Origin: Gammaproteobacteria bacterium
GTDB taxonomy: Bacteria; Pseudomonadota; Gammaproteobacteria; Pseudomonadales; Azotimanducaceae
Assembly: GCA_963581445.1 (NCBI GenBank)
Contig: CAUZON010000014.1
Coordinates: forward strand, 3,672-67,671
Length of the DNA: 64,000 nt
Direction: 5' to 3'
Of the stretch, positions 1 through 8,342 are shown one piece after another. The notes below the pieces were generated by a model. That model ran no database searches. It was not told the DNA's origin and saw nothing but the letters and a program-made list of their open reading frames with translations. Within the stretch, counting starts at the first letter, position 1; every line of letters starts with the position of its first letter. A program made the translations under genes and the position numbers.

Positions 1-71
1 GTCACACTAATGTCGTGGTCTACGCCAGCGTATAGACCAGACTATTTGTTCGGCGAAGAGATGGAGGCAGT

Positions 72-545
72 ATGCTAATTCGTAAGTTGAGGTTACAAAG
101 GGGTTGGTCCCAGGAGCAGCTTGCTGAGCTATGCGATCTCAGCGTTAGGACAATTCAGCGTCTAGAAAAAGGCGACAGCGCTGGCGTGGAAACATACAAA
201 TCCCTCGCTTCGATATTTGAAGTTAACCTCCTGGAGCTGCGGCAGCAGCAGGAGCGAAGCATGAACAAACAGCTAAATATTTCAAACGACGAGCACAGGG
301 TTATTGAGCAAGTAAAAAAGATTAAGGGTTTCTATAGCCACGTAGTGAGTTTCGTGATGGTTATTACTGCATTGACTTTGCTTAATGCGTCAATGGAGGT
401 GGATTACTGGTGGGTTCTCTGGGTAATCGTGGGTTGGGGCATAGGCTTGGCTACTCACGCGGCTGAAGTATTTGATTTATTGCCTTGGCTTGGCCCCGAT
501 TGGGAGAAGCGCGAGATTGAAAAACGTCTTGGACGAAAGCTTTAA
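72..545 (+). CDS. XRE-family helix-turn-helix regulator with C-terminal two-helix membrane domain
   Basis: 157-aa ORF. The N-terminus LRLQRGWSQEQLAELCDLSVRTIQRLEKG is a typical Cro/XRE HTH. The C-terminal half has two hydrophobic helices (VVSFVMVITALTLLN, WWVLWVIVGWGIGLATHA). Confidence 0.8.
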   Translation: MLIRKLRLQRGWSQEQLAELCDLSVRTIQRLEKGDSAGVETYKSLASIFEVNLLELRQQQERSMNKQLNISNDEHRVIEQVKKIKGFYSHVVSFVMVITALTLLNASMEVDYWWVLWVIVGWGIGLATHAAEVFDLLPWLGPDWEKREIEKRLGRKL

Positions 546-550
546 CAGAG

Positions 551-865
551 TTAGTTAATCCATATGCCGTTGGTGACTTGGCAGTCAATAGAATCCAGCA
601 CCATATGGATCATCAGTCCCAGCCCGATTTGACGGGTTTTTGGTAAAAAACTCATAACAAGATAGAGCGCGATAAACCACGGCTGGTGCAGTGGGTGAAA
701 ACCAATACTGCAACGTCCGGCGTCATAAATGGGGTCGGAGATTAGATGATCAAGATCCACCAGCATAGTGGCCATCATCAACAGATAAGCCATCTGCCAG
801 CGGTTGTGAAAAAACTGTAAGGCAACAATGGCAGGGACAATAAAGTGCAAAGTTAGGTGGAACAT
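551..865 (-). CDS. small integral membrane protein (DUF6122-like), function unknown
   Basis: 104-aa hydrophobic ORF with VDLDHL and GFHPLH motifs. The family name is from memory only. Confidence 0.55.
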   Translation of the reverse strand: MFHLTLHFIVPAIVALQFFHNRWQMAYLLMMATMLVDLDHLISDPIYDAGRCSIGFHPLHQPWFIALYLVMSFLPKTRQIGLGLMIHMVLDSIDCQVTNGIWIN

Positions 866-999
866 TGGCGACTTTGCCCTGATTGCGGAGTGAAGGAAGG
901 AATGTTAACCGGGATACCCAATCAATGGCTGGGATATCGATATTCAAGTAGTTCCTGGAGACCCAGGAACTACATTCATCGGTCATAAACTGATGAGTA

Positions 1000-1479
1000 C
1001 TAGAATGAGCCTAGGATCGTCTCGGTCAGCTCTTCCGGCGCAGTTTTCGGACTAAAGCGCCCCACAACCTCACCGTCTTTGTTGACCAGAAACTTTGAAA
1101 AATTCCATGGTATGTCTGCATTACCTTCTTCGTCAGTTTTCTCGCTCTTGAGAAATTGATAAAGCTCACATGCATTGGCGCCATTAACTTTAATTTTGCT
1201 GAACATTTGAAAGTTAACGTTGTATTTCGTTTGCGCAAATTCAAGCACTTCTTCGTTACTACCTGGTTCCTGTGCGCCAAATTGGTTGCATGGAAAGGCT
1301 AGAACCTCGAAGGGATGGTCGGCAAATTGTTCTTGCAGAGTACGCAACCCGGCGTACTGTGAAGTTAATCCTCAGCGACTGGCCACGTTGACTATTAGGC
1401 AAGCTTTGCCTTGGTAGTCAGCAAAGTTCACTTCGCTACCTTGGATGTCGAGCATCTTGATGTTGTGGAAGACTGTCAT
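1000..1479 (-). CDS. glutathione peroxidase, predicted selenoprotein (in-frame UGA at 1372..1374)
   Basis: Track ORF 1000..1347 extends in the same frame to ATG 1477..1479, with AGGAA 8 nt upstream. The only interruption is a TGA within VNVASR-[TGA]-GLTSQY, the GPx catalytic Cys/Sec position. FPCNQFGAQEP and PWNFSKFLV motifs follow. Confidence 0.8.
1339..1358 (-). promoter_or_regulatory. candidate bacterial SECIS hairpin for the GPx UGA
   Basis: The mRNA reads A-GUACGC-CGGGUU-GCGUAC-U, a 6-7 bp stem starting 13-14 nt after the UGA. The apical loop contains GGUU. Confidence 0.5.
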
Positions 1480-1780
1480 ATTAATTTCCTGTTGTTGCGG
1501 TTCCATTCGGGATACTAACTTAGGTTGGCGGTGGCGCAAACGGGGATTGGCTTTGCTGCTGTGATCTGGTTACCATTCAGGCTCAGGAAACTTGATACTG
1601 TTTGAGTTGGGGCTGCGCCATTTTGGTGGTGTGTCTTCTTCTAATCCTAGCCAGTAAGCAGAGCCTTTGTGCGCTTAATGTGCTCAGACGGTAGGAGGTT
1701 ATGTAAATGCTAGGGCTGTGGTTCAGGAAGTAGCGATAGCTACGCAACGAGATAAATTAATTCAAAAAAGGGAAGAAACT

Positions 1781-2965
1781 ATGAGAGACGTAGTAATTGT
1801 TGATAGTGTTCGCACAGGCTTAACCAAAGCCTTCCGTGGTAGCTTTAACCTAACGCGATCAGATGATCTTTTGGCGCATTGCATCGATTCACTTTTAAAT
1901 CGCAATCCAAATGTCGGAGCTGATGAAGTAGAAGACGTCATTGTTGGCGCTGCGACTCACACTGGTGAACAAGACGGTAACTTAGCTCGTCTTGCAGTAA
2001 TTTTGTCAAAACTACCTGTAAGCGCCGCTGGCGTTTCAATTAACCGTTTTTGTTCTTCAGGCCTGCAATCAATTGCTATGGCTGCGAACCAAATTGCTTC
2101 AGGTCAATCCGAAGTAATGATCGCTGGCGGTGTTGATTCAATTTCTATGCGCACACGTCAAGAAGCTGGCAAATCTAAGCAAAACAAGCGTTTGATGGAA
2201 GAAAAGCCAGAGATCTTCATGGCTATGGGTAACACGGCAGAGGTTGTTGCACGTCGTTACAACGTAACCCGTGAAATGCAGGACGAGTACGCATTACAAA
2301 GCCAAATTCGTTACGCAGCAGCTGTTGCTTCAGGCAAGATTGCTGAAGAGATTGTTGGCATGAACGCTACTATGCTCAAAGTGAACAAAGAAACCGGCGA
2401 AGAAACTCATGAAACTGTATGGGTTGATCAGGATGAATGTAACCGTCCTAACACCACTCTTCAAGGCTTGGCGTCTTTAGCGCCGGCATTTGAAGAAGAT
2501 GGTTCAGTAACGGCTGGTAACTCTTCGCAGTTGTCTGACGGTGCTTCAATGACCATGTTGATGAGTGCTGAACGTGCAGCTCAGTTGGGCATTCAGCCAA
2601 TCGGTATTTATCGTGGTTTCACTGTTGCTGGTTGTGAGCCTGATGAAATGGGCATTGGTCCAGTATTTGCTATTCCACGTTTGTTGAAGAACGCTGGTCT
2701 ATCAATCAATGACATCGACTTGTGGGAATTGAACGAAGCATTTGCTTCTCAGTGCCTCTACTGTCGTGATGCGCTAGAAATTGACAATGAAAAGTACAAT
2801 GTACTTGGCGGTAGTATTTCAATCGGACACCCATTTGGTATGACCGGTTCACGTACTACAGGTGTTGTTTTGCGTGAGCTTAAGCGCCGTAACCAAAAGT
2901 ATGGTGTTGTGACCATGTGTATTGGTGGTGGTCAGGGTGCTGCTGGATTGTTCGAAGTAGCATAA
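1781..2965 (+). CDS. acetyl-CoA C-acyltransferase (thiolase)
   Basis: MRDVVIVDSVRTG start with GGGAAG RBS. Thiolase motifs NRFCSSGLQ, GNSSQLSDGA, GHPFGMTG and CIGGGQG are present. The upstream part of track ORF 1718 was judged non-coding. Confidence 0.9.
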   Translation: MRDVVIVDSVRTGLTKAFRGSFNLTRSDDLLAHCIDSLLNRNPNVGADEVEDVIVGAATHTGEQDGNLARLAVILSKLPVSAAGVSINRFCSSGLQSIAMAANQIASGQSEVMIAGGVDSISMRTRQEAGKSKQNKRLMEEKPEIFMAMGNTAEVVARRYNVTREMQDEYALQSQIRYAAAVASGKIAEEIVGMNATMLKVNKETGEETHETVWVDQDECNRPNTTLQGLASLAPAFEEDGSVTAGNSSQLSDGASMTMLMSAERAAQLGIQPIGIYRGFTVAGCEPDEMGIGPVFAIPRLLKNAGLSINDIDLWELNEAFASQCLYCRDALEIDNEKYNVLGGSISIGHPFGMTGSRTTGVVLRELKRRNQKYGVVTMCIGGGQGAAGLFEVA

Positions 2966-3070
2966 TCTCTGGTTGACCCTCTCCGGTATTTTTTGCTCGC
3001 TTATTTGTGTAGCGAAGGTGCCGGAGGTGTTCAGACTCGGTGGTAAAAAGCCGTTTTTGATACAAATTGA

Positions 3071-3106
3071 AACGCCCTGGAAATTCCGTAGTAACAGGGC
3101 GTTTTC
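3071..3106 (+). terminator. Rho-independent terminator after thiolase
   Basis: AACGCCCTG ... CAGGGCGTT stem followed by TTTTC. Confidence 0.7.
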
Positions 3107-3155
3107 ATAATAGAAGTCGTTATTAGTAGAAATGCCTTAGGTGTATCGTCTTTAA

Positions 3156-4172
3156 ATGATTTTGTTTTACAAAAAAATGCTACCGGCAATGCCAAGGCCT
3201 TTTTCCAGCACCACTGTTCGCGTGCTATGTTTTGCTTTGAGTTTTTTCTGGTCGGCCTCGGCAGTTGCTACTACTCAAGTTGCCAGCGTCATTGCTAATC
3301 CTGCAGAATCTCAGCCCAAACCTTCAGATGCTCTCCTACCTGAGAAAGCTAGTCGTTCACCTCATGCGACTAATGCTAGAAGCACTAACTCCAATATTGT
3401 TGCCAGTAATCCAAGTGCTATTTGGGATCTCACTGAGAAGACTGATCGAGAGATTAACGACCTGGTGCGCAGTTGGCCTCAGCTCAATCCGGCCCAGCGC
3501 AGAGATTTATTGGCTGAAGTCCGTATTCGTATGAACAAGGTTCGAGCTCAAACGGCGGTGCCGAAAAAGGGGCAAGGACAAACTGGTCGATCCGATATCG
3601 AGGTGGGTTTGAATAGAGCTCAACGGCAATATAGATACGGTCAATCTATTCCCCGTAATCAAAAAGATACCGTGGTCATTACGGCTAAGGTAACGCGCAT
3701 CTTGCCTGATGGTACTCGAGTGACCCAAAGTACAGTGACCCCGGTGCCGTTAGAAGCGCTTAGACAAAGCGCCGCTAATAATCGTTTGCCTAGCCGCCAG
3801 CCATTAGCCGCTAGTGACGCGCGCGCGGATACATCTGCTGCTGTTGGTTCATCTGAGTCCCAGAGCGGCAGCAGTACATCGCAAAAACCTCGCCGCCAAG
3901 TATTTAGAGCCACGGTAAGGTTTGGTGCAGGATTTGGTCGTCGCGACGACACCATTGTTCAGGGCCAATTAGTCTCCGCTCCGTCTGTATCAGAGCCGCA
4001 GAACGTTCAGCAATTCAACGCCTCCTTACTTCACGGAGAGACCCAAAAGAACCACCAGAATACCGAGCAAGGCGCTACTGCAATGCCTTATAAAGAGCCT
4101 AATCAAGGGTCTAAACAAAGCTCGCAACACAATTCTCAACAAAAAAAGGTGCCAAATAGCGATGTCAATTGA
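3156..4172 (+). CDS. secreted low-complexity (Ser/Gln/Ala-rich) protein, function unknown
   Basis: 338-aa ORF with a signal-peptide-like N-terminus (VRVLCFALSFFWSASAVA). Its stop overlaps the response regulator start (ATGTCAATTGA). The start could be 3156 or 3177. Confidence 0.6.
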   Translation: MILFYKKMLPAMPRPFSSTTVRVLCFALSFFWSASAVATTQVASVIANPAESQPKPSDALLPEKASRSPHATNARSTNSNIVASNPSAIWDLTEKTDREINDLVRSWPQLNPAQRRDLLAEVRIRMNKVRAQTAVPKKGQGQTGRSDIEVGLNRAQRQYRYGQSIPRNQKDTVVITAKVTRILPDGTRVTQSTVTPVPLEALRQSAANNRLPSRQPLAASDARADTSAAVGSSESQSGSSTSQKPRRQVFRATVRFGAGFGRRDDTIVQGQLVSAPSVSEPQNVQQFNASLLHGETQKNHQNTEQGATAMPYKEPNQGSKQSSQHNSQQKKVPNSDVN

Positions 4173-4932
4173 AGAGCACGCTGAGTTAGAACATTTATTG
4201 GTTGTTGATGATGACCCTGAGATTCGTGAATTAACTCAAGAATATCTGCAGCAGCAAGGTTTCCACGTCGCTACCGTTGCCTCTGGTGAAGAGATGGACA
4301 CTTACCTTAGCGATCACGAAGTTGACCTTCTGATTCTAGATTTAATGCTCCCCGGTGAGCACGGATTGTCCATCGCTCAGCGACTGAAAAAGCGCGGTGA
4401 CCTGCCGATTATTATTGTTTCAGCTCAAGGCGATGAGGTTGATCGAATTGTTGGCTTAGAAGTGGGCGCCGATGATTACTTGCCAAAACCTTTTAATCCT
4501 CGTGAATTGCTAGCCAGAGTCAGAGCAGTGCTGCGACGCGCCAGCAAGACGCCAGTTGCGGAAGATGATTCAAACAAAGAAGTGGTTTTTGGGCGGTTTT
4601 GCTTGGACCTTTCTTCTCACAGCCTCAGTTGTGAGGGCACATTGATCCCGTTGACCTCCGGAGAGTTTGATCTGCTGGCAATTCTTGTCTCGAACCCAAA
4701 CAAAGTATTGCATCGAGATCGTATATTAGATTTGTTAACAGGCGCTAAGCGCTCACCCTTCGACCGATCTATTGATGTGCGAGTGACCAGATTGCGGTCC
4801 AAGTTAGACGACGACCCCGCGAAGCCTGCCTATATCAAAACTATCTGGGGTAAAGGTTATATGTTTTGCCCGAATCTCGGGTTAGGCAGCACTGATAACT
4901 CTGGCACTGCCGCTGTTCAAATTGAGCCTTAG
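4162..4932 (+). CDS. OmpR-family two-component response regulator
   Basis: Receiver domain (LLVVDDDPEIRE, LLILDLMLPG, PKPF) plus winged-helix output (IKTIWGKGYMF). Confidence 0.92.
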   Translation: MSIEEHAELEHLLVVDDDPEIRELTQEYLQQQGFHVATVASGEEMDTYLSDHEVDLLILDLMLPGEHGLSIAQRLKKRGDLPIIIVSAQGDEVDRIVGLEVGADDYLPKPFNPRELLARVRAVLRRASKTPVAEDDSNKEVVFGRFCLDLSSHSLSCEGTLIPLTSGEFDLLAILVSNPNKVLHRDRILDLLTGAKRSPFDRSIDVRVTRLRSKLDDDPAKPAYIKTIWGKGYMFCPNLGLGSTDNSGTAAVQIEP

Positions 4933-4992
4933 TAGCTTAAGCTGGACGCCTACCCTCGTGCCGGGATAAGTGGCCACTGGAAGTCCACATAA

Positions 4993-6303
4993 ATGACTAC
5001 TCGCAAACGCTCTAACCTTTTTATTTTGAACGGCCCGTCATCGCTGTTAGGGCGCACCAACTTAACTCTTGGTTGCAGCAGCATGCTGATGGTTGTGGTT
5101 TCAACTATTGCGCTTTATGTCTTTGTGATTGACCCCATTGCTGAACGCTCCGCAGATGATGAGGCAGCGCTGCTGGTGCTGTCTTGCCAAACTTGGGTGG
5201 AGTTGCCACCAGCGGCGCGACCCTACTTTGAGTTAGAGCTGGCGCAAAACCACGACCTTATTATCAGCGAAGCCATTATGGACCTGCCCGTTTTAGATCG
5301 GTTTTTGCCATATACCGCTCTTTTACAAGATAAGTTGCGCGACCGCTTAAATATGGATGTGCGCATGTTAGATGGCGATGACCTTGTATGGGTTGTGGTG
5401 CCCATGGCAGATTATGATTTGCAGGTTGGCTTATCGCCGGACCGTCGTGACATTCAATTGCTGTATGTGGCAATAGTTATTTCTGGTCTTGGTGCAGCAA
5501 TCGTCTTTCTAACCTCCTTATTAATAGTTCGGCGTATCGCCCGGCCCTTGGTCAAAGTGGCCAATCAGGCAGAACAATTTCGCGGTATTGAAGACATTGA
5601 ACCGCTGCCTGAAACCGGCCCCCGTGAATTGGTCTCGCTGGCGCGCAATTTCAATACTATGGCCAGCGAGATCTCGCTGTTATTGGCAAATAGAACCACG
5701 TTGATGGCGGGTATATCTCACGACTTGCGAACGCCGCTAACCAGAATGCGCTTAGCTTTGGCACTGTTACCAGATAATGTTGACGCAAAGCTCATTACTC
5801 GGTTTGAGAGCAATCTAGAGACCATGGATGAGCTGATTCGGGATGCCCTGCATTTTGCCAAGGGCACCGGTGAGCTTGCCCAAGAAATTACCGTTGTTGA
5901 GTTCGTGAAGGGCATTGTAGCCACTTACGATCAGGTTATTACGGTTTCTTCGGATATTGCCCCCAATGCGAGCGCCGTGGTCGCACCTAATGCTTTTGCT
6001 CGTGCGCTGACTAACTTGCTCTCCAATGGCATTAACCATGGCGGCGATGTGACAGTGCATATTTCTTCTGGTGAAATTTCTGTTTCTGACAATGGTCCGG
6101 GGATTGCAAAAGAATCGAGAACGGAAGTTTTTCAGCCGTTCTTTCGCTTGGAAACATCTCGCAGCGTTACCACAGGCGGTAGTGGTCTTGGCTTGGCGAT
6201 TGTCCAGCAATTGTGCCAAGCCCATGGTTGGCAAATAGAAATAGATGATGCCGCAACTGGGGGCGCAAAATTCACCCTAGTTTATGCGGCCGCAATAGGC
6301 TGA
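4993..6303 (+). CDS. sensor histidine kinase (two TM helices, HAMP, HisKA, HATPase)
   Basis: H-box GISHDLRTPLT, N-box LLSNGINHG and G-boxes DNGPGI/GGSGLGLAIV. Two TM segments flank a roughly 115-aa periplasmic region. Confidence 0.92.
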   Translation: MTTRKRSNLFILNGPSSLLGRTNLTLGCSSMLMVVVSTIALYVFVIDPIAERSADDEAALLVLSCQTWVELPPAARPYFELELAQNHDLIISEAIMDLPVLDRFLPYTALLQDKLRDRLNMDVRMLDGDDLVWVVVPMADYDLQVGLSPDRRDIQLLYVAIVISGLGAAIVFLTSLLIVRRIARPLVKVANQAEQFRGIEDIEPLPETGPRELVSLARNFNTMASEISLLLANRTTLMAGISHDLRTPLTRMRLALALLPDNVDAKLITRFESNLETMDELIRDALHFAKGTGELAQEITVVEFVKGIVATYDQVITVSSDIAPNASAVVAPNAFARALTNLLSNGINHGGDVTVHISSGEISVSDNGPGIAKESRTEVFQPFFRLETSRSVTTGGSGLGLAIVQQLCQAHGWQIEIDDAATGGAKFTLVYAAAIG

Positions 6304-6380
6304 TTTTTTGGCAATCGCTCTAAATTGCTGATTTAACCTGCCTTAGCCGGGTATGCGGGCCTAAAATTTTTGCACAATCA

Positions 6381-6428
6381 TTGAACCCTTGAACCCTTGA
6401 ACCCTTGAACCCTTGAACCCTTGAACCC
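6381..6428. repeat. perfect octanucleotide tandem repeat (TTGAACCC) x6
   Basis: Read directly: six exact 8-nt units followed by a partial TT. It lies 78 nt downstream of the kinase stop. Confidence 0.95.
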
Positions 6429-6579
6429 TTATTTAAGTTGCTGGTATCGATGTTAACCGCAAACTTCATGCTGTTTGTGGTCTTTTGTAAGGTTGCTTTG
6501 GTCACCTTTTTGCTCATTGTAATAGTCATTTTTCCGCCGTTTTTTGCCCCCTGAGCGATCATGCAATGATACAAAATGT

Positions 6580-6594
6580 CACAAAACTTTTGTG
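6580..6594. promoter_or_regulatory. perfect 15-nt palindrome CACAAAACTTTTGTG (candidate operator)
   Basis: 7-bp arms around one central base. A related site, CACAAACTTTTGT, lies at 6820..6832, about 90 nt upstream of the enoyl-CoA hydratase gene. Confidence 0.35.
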
Positions 6595-6772
6595 TTGAGA
6601 AATTGTTCAGAAACCCTCTTGGGTGATATTAGGGTTGTTGTCATAGGACAACATCTCTCCCCTTAGATCTCGGGTGAGGTTGGAAATGCTCTTTTTGAGC
6701 TGGTTTTAAAGCAGGCCAGTTCGTGTGAAGAGAGTACTAAAACATCACAAACAAGCACCGGGATCGACTCTG

Positions 6773-6814
6773 AAACCGCCGGCTCTCTCTCCAGGCCGGC
6801 GGTTTTCTTTTTTC
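6773..6814 (+). terminator. orphan Rho-independent terminator in an intergenic region
   Basis: AAACCGCCGGC-(11 nt)-GCCGGCGGTTT stem followed by TTTTCTTTTTT. No credible CDS ends here. Confidence 0.7.
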
Positions 6815-6921
6815 TCCTCCACAAACTTTTGTTCCTACTCTTTTCGCCGATTAGCCGAGAGCCGGCTCTTGCGTCTTTTGCTTCTTTCATCAAGGATAGC
6901 TGCCTTTAGATAAGTGAAGTG

Positions 6922-7707
6922 ATGGAAGTTATGCAGCTAGAAAATGTTTTATACGAAGTACGTGGCCCTATGGCATTGATTACTATTAATCGCGCGGAAA
7001 AACACAACGCCATCTCGCTGGCCACTTTAGACGACCTTCACACCGCAGTAGACGCTGCAGCTTGGGACGATGATGTTCGTGTTATCACCATAACCGGCGC
7101 CGGGGGCAAAGCCTTTGCTGCGGGTTCGGATTTATCTGAGGTGGTACACCGAGATTTTAAAAAGGCATTAGAACCCATTGTTCAGGGTTTGGCCGAAAAA
7201 CTAGAACGTACTCCGAAGCCAACCATTGCTGCTATTGACGGCATCTGTATGGGTGGCGGCTTAGAAGTAGCCCTTGGTTGTGACCTGCGGATTGCCACAC
7301 CCAAGTCCAAGTTTGCAACGCCAGAGGGTAAGCTGGGCATTATTCCTGGTGGCGGTGCTACCGCCCGCTTGCCGCGTATTGTCGGCCGTGGTTGGGGCAT
7401 GGAAATGTTGCTTATGGGCGAACCAATGGGCGCAGATAGGGCACTACAAATTGGTTTGGTCACTCGGTTGGTTGAGTCCGAAGAACTCATAGCGGAGGCA
7501 ATGCGCATGGCAGAACACCTGGCGAGCTTTGCGCCATTTGTGCCTCGTACCATGAAAGCTATGGTGCATTTTGGTATGGAGGCCAGCCTCGCCGGGGCGC
7601 TGATGTTTGAAAAATATGCCCAGGGCGCTTTGGTGCAAACCGAGGATAAGGCTGAAGGGATTAGCGCATTTTTGGAAAAAAGAAAGCCTGAATTCAAAGG
7701 GAAATAG
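6922..7707 (+). CDS. enoyl-CoA hydratase/isomerase (crotonase family)
   Basis: Crotonase motifs ITGAGGKAFAAGSDL and AAIDGICMGGGLEVALGCDLRIA. The start is ambiguous among 6919, 6922 and 6931. Confidence 0.9.
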   Translation: MEVMQLENVLYEVRGPMALITINRAEKHNAISLATLDDLHTAVDAAAWDDDVRVITITGAGGKAFAAGSDLSEVVHRDFKKALEPIVQGLAEKLERTPKPTIAAIDGICMGGGLEVALGCDLRIATPKSKFATPEGKLGIIPGGGATARLPRIVGRGWGMEMLLMGEPMGADRALQIGLVTRLVESEELIAEAMRMAEHLASFAPFVPRTMKAMVHFGMEASLAGALMFEKYAQGALVQTEDKAEGISAFLEKRKPEFKGK

Positions 7708-7836
7708 CGGACGGATAAGAGTCAAAAGGCAGAGTTTTGTTTACCTGTTTGTTCTCAGTTGGGCTCCAGGGCTTGTGCCTTAAGTACTTCCTGGTGGATA
7801 CTCATGGCTACATTCAAAGTCCAGTAGGGGAGAAAA

Positions 7837-8331
7837 ATGGCAGTAGATAAGTTCCCAGTAGAAGGCAGTCATATCATGATGTTTGCCCGATCTGTCGGTG
7901 ACGACAACCAGATTTATTATGACGCAGCGTATGCAAAAGGCACTGAGCCAGGCGGCGTTATTGCACCACCCACATTTGCTCAGTCCAGTGCGCAATTTGA
8001 CCCAAATTATTTTTTGCGGCCCAAGCCCGGTGAAGATTGGTTTGGTTCCGGCAAAGAAGCCACCGGAATTAAAAAGAAACCCAGTAGCGGTGGCGGCGGT
8101 GGTGGCGGCGGTCTGCACGCCGAACAGCACTTTGAATACCATCGACACATTGGCCCTGGTGACGTGCTCACAGCAACGGTCAAGCAAGGCGACGGTTGGG
8201 AAAAAGATGGTAAGCGCTCAGGCAAGCTGATTTTTTCTGAAACCATCACCGAGTACCATGACCAAAATGGTGAGTTAGTGATTACTGCGCGTGGCGTGGG
8301 CGTTAGAACCGAACGACCAGTGGACCAATAG
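7837..8331 (+). CDS. MaoC-like dehydratase, N-terminal-type hot-dog subunit
   Basis: 164-aa hot-dog-like sequence (FARSVGDDNQIYYD) with an internal Gly8 tract. It is paired with the adjacent MaoC subunit 11 nt downstream. Confidence 0.75.
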   Translation: MAVDKFPVEGSHIMMFARSVGDDNQIYYDAAYAKGTEPGGVIAPPTFAQSSAQFDPNYFLRPKPGEDWFGSGKEATGIKKKPSSGGGGGGGGLHAEQHFEYHRHIGPGDVLTATVKQGDGWEKDGKRSGKLIFSETITEYHDQNGELVITARGVGVRTERPVDQ

Positions 8332-8342
8332 GGAGCAATTAT

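Noticed and set aside
1781-2965. Thiolase as the missing first step of the mevalonate pathway
   Set aside because: It is 42 kb from the mva operon and on the other strand. It sits among beta-oxidation-type genes, and no HMG-CoA synthase is nearby. Nothing in the sequence links them.
6320-6574. 84-aa minus-strand ORF running through the octanucleotide repeat
   Set aside because: It has a weak RBS, no recognisable family, and a sequence dominated by the repeat translation. It is discussed under the repeat finding but not called as a CDS.
6663-6913. Track ORFs 6725..6913 (+) and 6663..6893 (-)
   Set aside because: Both read straight through a strong terminator hairpin and T-tract. Their products are low-complexity (Ser/Leu/Arg-rich), so they are most likely non-coding.
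7182-7697. 171-aa minus-strand ORF, plus others at 7274..7492 and 7444..7725, inside the enoyl-CoA hydratase gene
   Set aside because: These ORFs are antisense or out-of-frame shadows of a CDS with strong crotonase motifs. Their Ala/Ser/Pro/Arg-rich composition is typical of shadow frames, and they have no recognisable motifs or RBS.
8089-8112. GGN x8 nucleotide repeat (GGTGGCGGCGGTGGTGGCGGCGGT)
   Set aside because: It lies in frame within the MaoC N-type subunit and encodes a Gly8 linker. It is not a CRISPR or regulatory repeat. Its only possible interest is as a length-variable linker.
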